NCBI GenBank assembly: GCA_051294905.1
Contig: CM119384.1
Span: forward strand, 2,294,001 to 2,358,000
Length of the DNA stretch: 64,000 nt
Source of the DNA: Botryllus schlosseri
Lineage: Eukaryota
Reading direction: 5' to 3'
The translations under genes were made by a program, and so were the position numbers. Of this stretch, positions 59,961-64,000 are shown in pieces; within the stretch, counting starts at the first letter, position 1; every line of letters starts with the position of its first letter. The notes below the pieces were generated by a model that was not told where the DNA came from, did no database searches, and worked only from the letters and a program-made list of their open reading frames with translations.

Positions 59961-62900
59961 GGGATATCTAAGCGTGGTACAAGAAGGCAGAACCCACTAC
60001 ACCCCTGTCCTTTATCTCCATAGGAATTGATGTAGTTCACTCATTTTCGCCCATTGCAAGGGCGTGGAATCACCATTTCGTATCTGAAAGTGTAGTTTAC
60101 CTGGATTACGTACTACCGTATGGTAAAAATAGCCAAAACACACTGTATTCGTTTCACAGTGTGTATGATGTTATTTCGAGCGCCTTTTCTAAAAACCAGG
60201 TCACCTTGGTTAGCAATCGCGATCATGATCTGGGTGTGAAATTGCGGTCTGACCAAATGTTGACGGAAAAATAAATTTGATAGCGGTGATCGCAAACGAC
60301 ACGCCGGCCACAAATTCTTGACTAAAGCCGATGGTAAATGTGACGTACACAATGGTGACGCAACCGCAAACTGCTTCGGACCAGAGTTGGTCAACTTCAA
60401 AACATTCCGATTTTCCAAATTAAATTACAGTTATAATACTACATTTTTTTTTCGAATTATAACGACTGAATTCACAGAATCAGGTTCAGTTCATATCAAA
60501 TCAAAGTTAATAATTCTCATAACCATAAGAATGGCAATTGTCTGTACACGAAACTTGGCTCGTTTCGCACTATACAGTTCTGCTGTAGCATTTTCAGGGG
60601 CACCAGACATTAGATTAGAACTAAAATTAGAGCATAGAAACATTTCACAGATTAGAGATTAGTATTAAATTATCTAGTTGTACGAGTCAGCCCCGGACCA
60701 CTTTATTTTCCAATGGTCATCGCCAAGGTATCGCGTTCATGCTTCGGAAATAGGTGATTGAAAGGAAATGTCATCGATCTGTCGCGGTCAAACTTCCGTT
60801 CGATATCACAGCCTCACAAACATCGAAAAAATGCAAACCGCGACCATTCATTTCTGGCGCTTTCTCCCCGGGAGGAAGCATGCACGGCTAGTCAAAGACG
60901 GAATGTTTCGCGTCCTTTACCTTTCGGGGTAAAGTGATCCTTCGGTTGTTTACGACGAATTCTGATGAAATTGACCAAATCGTTTGGACACAGAGGCACC
61001 CGAAAAACTGATTGATTTGTAACTAAAGATACTGTTGGAGGTACAAAACTAAATTTACAATTTAATACTATATTGATATCGAAATAAACCCGAACATTTC
61101 AGGCTGACACTCGTAGGGGTAATCGTTAGTAATTTGTAGAGATTTCAGTAGAGCTTTGTGTACTTATCTATGTTGAATGTTGATATACAAAGTTCTCCGA
61201 AATCTCTTCTACTGCCAGTGTAAAATATTCGGATTTATTATAATACGAACGTATTATTCAACAATTTGTAACTGGAGGAATAAATTATTGTGAGACAACA
61301 GACAAGTATTGAACCCATACGTGATCGCTGGTCAGTACTGAGCCGGTGTGTTCGTTATAACCACCATTTTCGGTTGTAATCGTTGTAAACCAAGGACGAC
61401 TCTACGTCTCTGCATCTGTGGCATTCCAACATACACCTTCAATACCCCAGAAACAAATGTGAATTACCTGCGCAATCAGTTTTCAAACACATCGAAGTAA
61501 TTTCCTCGTCATGTCTGAAAATATCACGCTTTGGCAACATCCAAACAAAAACAATTATCGCTTATCCATTTGTTGGACAAAATATTGAACTTCGTTTTTG
61601 GCCAAGTTATTTTATTTTATTTATTTGCGCCGAGTCGGGATGCCTAGCACACGATTGTTACTCATCGCTGAATCATGTCCGCAGGTACAGTCATTGTCTG
61701 AAAGCTTAAGTTCCGCTTGATGGACATCGCAGAAAGGTATCAAAGCCTGCGTATGCCATGGTCTGCTGATCAAAAAGAAATGCGTGTCTCTAGTGGGAAT
61801 ATTACATGCATGCAGAATACGTCTGAGCATAAATTTCAACAGAATCCCAAGACCTCTTTTCTTCCAAATGGAATCTTTATGAATAGATGTCCAGTATTGA
61901 TTTGGTTCGCCTAAAGCAGGGAGACTCAACTGGCAGACCGCGGTCCGAATGCCGACCATTTCATCGTTGCATCCGGACCTCATCTGTCTCGCTAGCTGCG
62001 AATAGTTTTTGAGCAGAACCAAATCGATTACCGTAGACTTGCAAAAACAAAGTGAAGTGTTTTTATTCTTTTTGTTCCGCACTTCTGGCAGCGTTTTCAA
62101 ACATGAACTTTAAACAGGATAGATTTCGCAACAGTATGGCCACTGGCCAGTGAAAACCTTCACCAATGCCTTCGACTCGATCTCGTCACTTTAAAACCCA
62201 AAAATCGAGAATTAGCAAGACCTAAAAATGCCCTGTCTCCCACTAGCCCGATGCTTTTTGTAATACCGCTTTACCGAATTTGGTATATAGGTAGAACGAA
62301 TATTTGTATGACAGTATTTGAAGAGATTCTTGGAGGTACAGAACTTCAATATACAATCCAATTGTATGACAATAATTTTTTTCATGAGAGTGATTACAGA
62401 CTGAAGCCTTGCTAAACAGAGGTTGTGTATCCCTGGCCTGAAGTCTTGGGTAATATATTAAATTAATATTTTTGCTTGGATGCTTATCCATAACCCAAAT
62501 CCAACTGCTGTCCTAGTTGATGACACAGGAGTTTTATACACACCACAAATAGAACTCGTCGATGTCTAGTTGGATTTCCCAAACCAAACAAACAATCCAT
62601 CACATTAGACAGCTTCAGCCGGTGTGCACTGTGCAGTGTGCAGGGTGTCATCATAGGCTTAGCCCATCGCTATATACATAGATATCGGTGCGATGCGATC
62701 GTTTGTTAGCGTGGCAGCGATGTGGCGCCAAGCGCTAGCAATATATAGTCATTAATCGCCATGACGCATAAGTTAATAAAGAATTCACTGAATATTTCTC
62801 ATATGAAGAATATCGACGGATTTGTTATGAGCCAAAGTTTATTGACGCGTGAGCGAATATTTCGTGACTTGTGAGCTACTGTTGAGTCAGACTCGCTTCG

Positions 62901-62984
62901 TCTCAGACGAGAGGCAATTACGAAGTTACAGCTCTTTGCGTAAAGTTCTAATCAAGGCAAATATGGATCTATTTCGTTCTAGAC

Positions 62985-63592
62985 CAGTGGCTCTTAATCG
63001 CCTGTTCCTGTTAAGGTTCCAAAGTTTTCAAGTTTGCAAATCTATTACATAATTTCATATCTAAATTGCAAAATGCATGAAATTAGATGGGCCTACTTGT
63101 CCATTAATGGAAAATAGGTCTACTCTGGACTTATCGTACGTCCCAATGCTGCAATGCACCAAACTGTTTAAATATATAGCCTAAAACTTTTCCAAGGCCA
63201 GTGAAAGCTAAGAAATGTCTATTGGTTGTATTTCGACACTACAATTTAGCAACATTTTGAATCTAATAGAGGCATGCAGACACCAACAGCAAAGTCACAA
63301 AATACAAACAAACTTAAAAAATCAAGTTGCTGGTTTCAACGCATTAACTTCAATAGAGCCACGAAAAAGAAGTGGAATATCAAAATCGTAATAGCAAGTT
63401 TCTCATTACATTGAACTTTTAATGCTAGCATTTGAGTTGCAAGCATTTGTCCTAATTATATTTGAAGAGCTTCTTGGAGGCAATGGATGCTAATTATATT
63501 TATGGTTAATTTGATATTTGAAGGTTCACCAGTTTTGCAAAGATTATTTAGAAATATGACCGTTCCTAAGCTGGAAAGGTTGAAAACCACTG
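62985..63592. mobile_element. Degenerate Charlie-like element
   Basis: Ends cagtggctcttaa / tgaaaaccactg; flanks ttctagac and ctctgaac match only 5 of 8. Confidence 0.4.
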
Positions 63593-64000
63593 CTCTGAAC
63601 AATGACTTTGAAGGCTCAGACACTTGAGATAGCGCAAAATGTTGAGGCGGACAGATATTTAATCACCATGCTCAAGTTCGAACGAGATTGCCCTCTGTGA
63701 GAATTTGCGGATCAAAATGTAACACGCGGGCGCGACGCAACGCCAAAGCTGACTTGATCTTTGCATTCCGCGAATCTCTCGAGCCGTAAAAGGCCAAAGA
63801 GCCTTGGGAACAGTTTGATAAACAAGCGAAGCTCGGCGTACAATTTCAAAACAGTACAATTACACGCTCCGATGCAGCCGTTCTTTCGTCATAATTGCAC
63901 ATGCACGCTGGCGAGACAGCCATATGTTTCTCATTGAGAATTTTTTACATAGACAACTACTTCAAGAGATTCTTGGAAGTACAGTACCGGTACTTCAGTG

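Noticed and set aside
59972-60272. About 100-codon open frame after a good acceptor at 60021-60022
   Set aside because: No homology recognised; several such frames are expected by chance in 64 kb x 6 frames.
61621-62100. 159-aa - strand ORF
   Set aside because: Crosses a MITE-like end (about 61915-61960) and has no domain signature.

Overview
AT-rich, intron-containing animal genomic DNA. An invertebrate chordate such as an ascidian is my inference from gene structure and is not established. Two Eph receptor tyrosine kinase paralogues lie tail-to-tail. (1) The 3' part of a + strand Eph gene has 6 exons at 231-3915 (kinase, SAM, PDZ-binding end GITV*); its 5' part is off the left edge. (2) A nearly complete - strand Eph gene has 19 exons I could splice by hand at 43396-7433 (3233 nt, frame-consistent at every junction, about 1077 aa plus a missing signal peptide): ligand-binding domain, Sushi/EGF, 2x FN3, TM, juxtamembrane YxDPxxYEDP, kinase, unusually long linker, SAM, Tyr-rich tail ending GIPV*. 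Its first (signal peptide) exon was not confidently located. I found no other recognisable host gene in 43.4-64 kb. Introns and flanks are dense in non-autonomous DNA transposons (several hAT MITE families with readable 8-bp TSDs, some nested, one a 620-bp near-perfect palindrome). There are also two hAT transposase remnants, a Penelope-like GIY-YIG fragment and a tRNA-derived SINE head. I see no convincing wholly new biological system. The best leads are paralogue-specific Eph cytoplasmic insertions, a duplicated 3'UTR hairpin, and apparent site-preferential nesting of one MITE family in another, including a possible excision footprint. All reference-protein comparisons are from memory and need an alignment to confirm.
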